Shown piece after piece: positions 61,732 to 64,000 of a stretch of DNA of 64,000 nt (position 1 is the stretch's first letter; each line of letters opens with the position of its first letter). A program made the translations under genes and the position numbers. Under the pieces are notes generated by a model, which was not told the origin of the DNA, made no database searches, and saw only the letters and a list, made by a program, of their open reading frames with translations. The stretch is from Patescibacteria group bacterium. Its GTDB lineage: Bacteria; Patescibacteriota; Patescibacteriia; Magasanikbacterales; GWA2-37-8. The stretch is taken from positions 205,158 to 269,157 of the forward strand of contig JBAZKA010000001.1 of the NCBI GenBank assembly GCA_041651015.1, written 5' to 3'.

Positions 61732-62482
61732 ATTTATTTACAGTTTCCAATAACGCCTCGGCAAAAATATCACGTAATTTATTCAATTTTTTTCGATCAA
61801 GTTTGTTATTTTTTATATATAAACCCTCATCGGTTTCCTGGTGTATAATTGGAATGCCGGAACCATTATTTCTCCACCCAAATTTGTCACAAATATACTC
61901 ATCCACGTCCATGTAAGCGGAATTGATCCCGATAGTCACTCCCGGGAGGTGTTTCCTCAATTCATTTACATAAATCTTAACCAAGTCATCCGGCGCAAAT
62001 TTACGAGTTTTTTCACCAACCTTAGTAATATTGGAAATTACAATTCTGTGTCTTAATTTTTCCTTTAAACTTGAGTGCCCGGCAATGGTGGTGTGTCCGT
62101 TAAAAATTATTACTCCGTTAAATCGTGATATTTTATCGTAATATTTGTAACAATATTTCTTTATTAATTCTTTTCTAAAAATGACAGAGGGTTTGATTTT
62201 ATAGACATCAACACCCCTAATATTCAACGGACAGCTTTCGTTTAACTTTGACGGACGTCGGCACACGTTTAAGAAAATTTGGCTATAAGGAAACAATAGT
62301 TGTCTGCTACCGATTAATTGCTGGAAATTATAGAGCTTATCTGAATATCGATCTGTTTCAGCTTCATTTGAAGACAAAAATCTTTCTTGATGGCCTGAAA
62401 GCCAGTCGGCTTTTATTTCTTTTGGCCTAGCGCGTGATGCGTGAGGAATAATGACTAAAATATTTTTCGCTCCCTTTTTCAT
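61712..62482 (-). CDS. N-formylglutamate amidohydrolase-like (FGase family) protein
   Basis: NILVIIPHASRARP start and His/Asp-rich blocks. Assignment is weak. Confidence 0.3.
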   Translation of the reverse strand: MKKGAKNILVIIPHASRARPKEIKADWLSGHQERFLSSNEAETDRYSDKLYNFQQLIGSRQLLFPYSQIFLNVCRRPSKLNESCPLNIRGVDVYKIKPSVIFRKELIKKYCYKYYDKISRFNGVIIFNGHTTIAGHSSLKEKLRHRIVISNITKVGEKTRKFAPDDLVKIYVNELRKHLPGVTIGINSAYMDVDEYICDKFGWRNNGSGIPIIHQETDEGLYIKNNKLDRKKLNKLRDIFAEALLETVNKYAEKNN

Positions 62483-62487
62483 AATAA

Positions 62488-62889
62488 TTACAACAATTCA
62501 CTTTCTTCTCTCATGCAATTTACTTTTTTTATCATTTCTTTATATTTTTTCTCAATTATACCGGCATCGTGCATGTCGCCATTATCAACAACAGTATTAA
62601 CATCATATCCGGGCGTCCTCATTAGCACCTCCTCAAGAAAATCAATATTATATACGAGTTGAAAAAACCGCGCTTCCGCTTCATGACAAATATCAAATCC
62701 ATTCTCCATTCTATTGACAATCGTTTTTCTCTCCTCAATGCACGCAGAAATAATTTCCCGCAATCTCGCCGCATCTCCCAAGGTCAAAGTAAATCCATGC
62801 TTTTCAAACCGAGATTGCAATTTTTTATACACTCCGTCTCGATATATTTTTTCCACCTCCTGCTCGGGCATTATTTGCCTCTCCTGCAT
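62488..62889 (-). CDS. hypothetical protein (133 aa)
   Basis: ORF only; no motif recognised. Confidence 0.3.
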   Translation of the reverse strand: MQERQIMPEQEVEKIYRDGVYKKLQSRFEKHGFTLTLGDAARLREIISACIEERKTIVNRMENGFDICHEAEARFFQLVYNIDFLEEVLMRTPGYDVNTVVDNGDMHDAGIIEKKYKEMIKKVNCMREESELL

Positions 62890-62907
62890 AAGTATTGGAT
62901 TAATTTA

Positions 62908-64000
62908 TTATTTATACTTGGGGTGTTTTGTCACAGAATTTACCGGACTAATTTCGCGAAGGGTGCTAATTATTGCCGGCAAATATTTCATCAGATAATC
63001 AATATCGGCTTTTGCATTACTTCGTCCGAAAGTAAAACGAATAGAACCATGCGCCATTTCATAAGACATGCCCATGGCGCGAAGCACATGAGACGGCTCC
63101 AATGATTCCGAGGTGCAAGCCGAGCCGGTAGAGCACATTATACCATACTCATCCATATACAAAAGCATGGCCTCGCCCTCAATATTTTTAAAGGTGACAT
63201 TAAGATTATTTGGCAATCTGGATTCCCCTATTTCCGGACCGTTTAATTTAATTTCGGGAATATTTTTTGTAATCTGTCCCCATAAATATTTTGTTAACTC
63301 GCGTTCGCGTATGCTTTCTTTTTCTTTCAATGCTTGCGCAATTTCCAAGGCTTTGGCCAAACCAACAATGCCGGCCGTATTTTCCGTGCCGGCGCGCATA
63401 GATTTTTCCTGGCCCCCGCCAAAAATAATCGGCGAGATTTTTACTCCACGGCGTACATACAGGGCGCCAACACCTTTAGGCCCGTAAATTTTACCGCCGT
63501 TTATGGACATTAAATCCACGTGTGTTTTCTCAACGTCCAAATCCAAATATCCGGCTGCTTGGCAGGCATCAGTATGAAATAACGGATAAATAGAGTTGTT
63601 TGCTTTACGAAACTTCAAAATCTCACGACCAATATCCGCAATTGGTTCAATCGAGCCCATCTCATTGTTGGCAAACATTATCGTGATCAAAATTGTATCC
63701 GGCCGTATGGCCTTGGCCACAGCCTCAGACGAAACTAAACCATTTTTGTCCACCGGCACATAAGTAATTTCAAAACCTTCCTTGACCAACTCTTCAAGTG
63801 GTCGCAATACTGCATGATGTTCAATGGCTAAAGAAATTATATGTTTGCCTTTGTGCGCATGCGCCCGGGCTGTGCCAAATATCGCCATATTGTCCGACTC
63901 GCTGCCACCGGCCGTAAAAAAAATATTTTCCGGCAAGGCGTGCATGAGCGAGGCAATTGTTTTGCGCGCATCATCAACCGCGTTTCTGGCTTCTCGCCCC
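62908..64000 (-). CDS. iscS: cysteine desulfurase (IscS/NifS family), 5' end outside window
   Basis: Aminotransferase class V blocks ([10 protein letters not shown]..., [21 protein letters not shown], the SGSACTS active-site Cys loop). The frame stays open to the window edge. Confidence 0.8.
   Translation of the reverse strand, partial: [363 protein letters not shown]

Overview
This window reads as a chromosomal stretch from an AT-rich, small-genome bacterium; the gene content and compact operons suggest a Patescibacteria/CPR-like organism, but that taxonomic call is inference only. Most of the window is housekeeping genes. I found no CRISPR array, rRNA or tRNA.

Core content, in map order:
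- A cell-envelope glycan cluster on the plus strand at 4985-8446 (Wzx-like flippase, GT1 and GT2 glycosyltransferases), with a convergent O-antigen-ligase-like gene (minus strand) to 9782.
- def, fmt, a PriA homologue with a degenerate P-loop, and clpB with a CIRCE-like operator next to a -35/-10 promoter.
- tagA-like, gltX and an M23 peptidase, followed by a Xer-type recombinase.
- A long run of minus-strand genes (from 40517 down to 24910): FtsQ-like, alr, serS, lysS, greA, PBP2, mreDCB, a DciA-like gene, a UvrD helicase fused to a Cas4-like nuclease, and an MsbA-like ABC exporter.
- A complete F1Fo ATP synthase operon (atpZ-B-E-F-H-A-G-D-C).
- tatD, cvpA, metG, a NUDIX hydrolase, rsmI, and an IscS/IscU/ferredoxin cluster.

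Two accessory islands stand out:
- At 1-4298, a tightly packed four-gene putative defence operon: a truncated adenine methyltransferase, a PIN-like protein, a DUF262-HNH protein and a Schlafen-like AlbA_2/HATPase/HTH protein.
- At about 55200-59877, a GmrSD-like DUF262/DUF1524 protein with a long unknown C-terminal extension, a DUF2779 two-nuclease protein, and a pair of tiny overlapping acidic ORFs with their own RBS and terminator.

Other observations worth a second look:
- An unlisted 46-aa Cys-rich, metallothionein-like ORF (six C-x-C motifs) at the head of the long minus-strand operon.
- A 139-bp element bounded by inverted repeats that fills the atpD-atpC spacer.
- Two tandem perfect hairpins beside the xer gene.
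- Several intrinsic terminators and -35/-10 promoters that can be read directly from the sequence.
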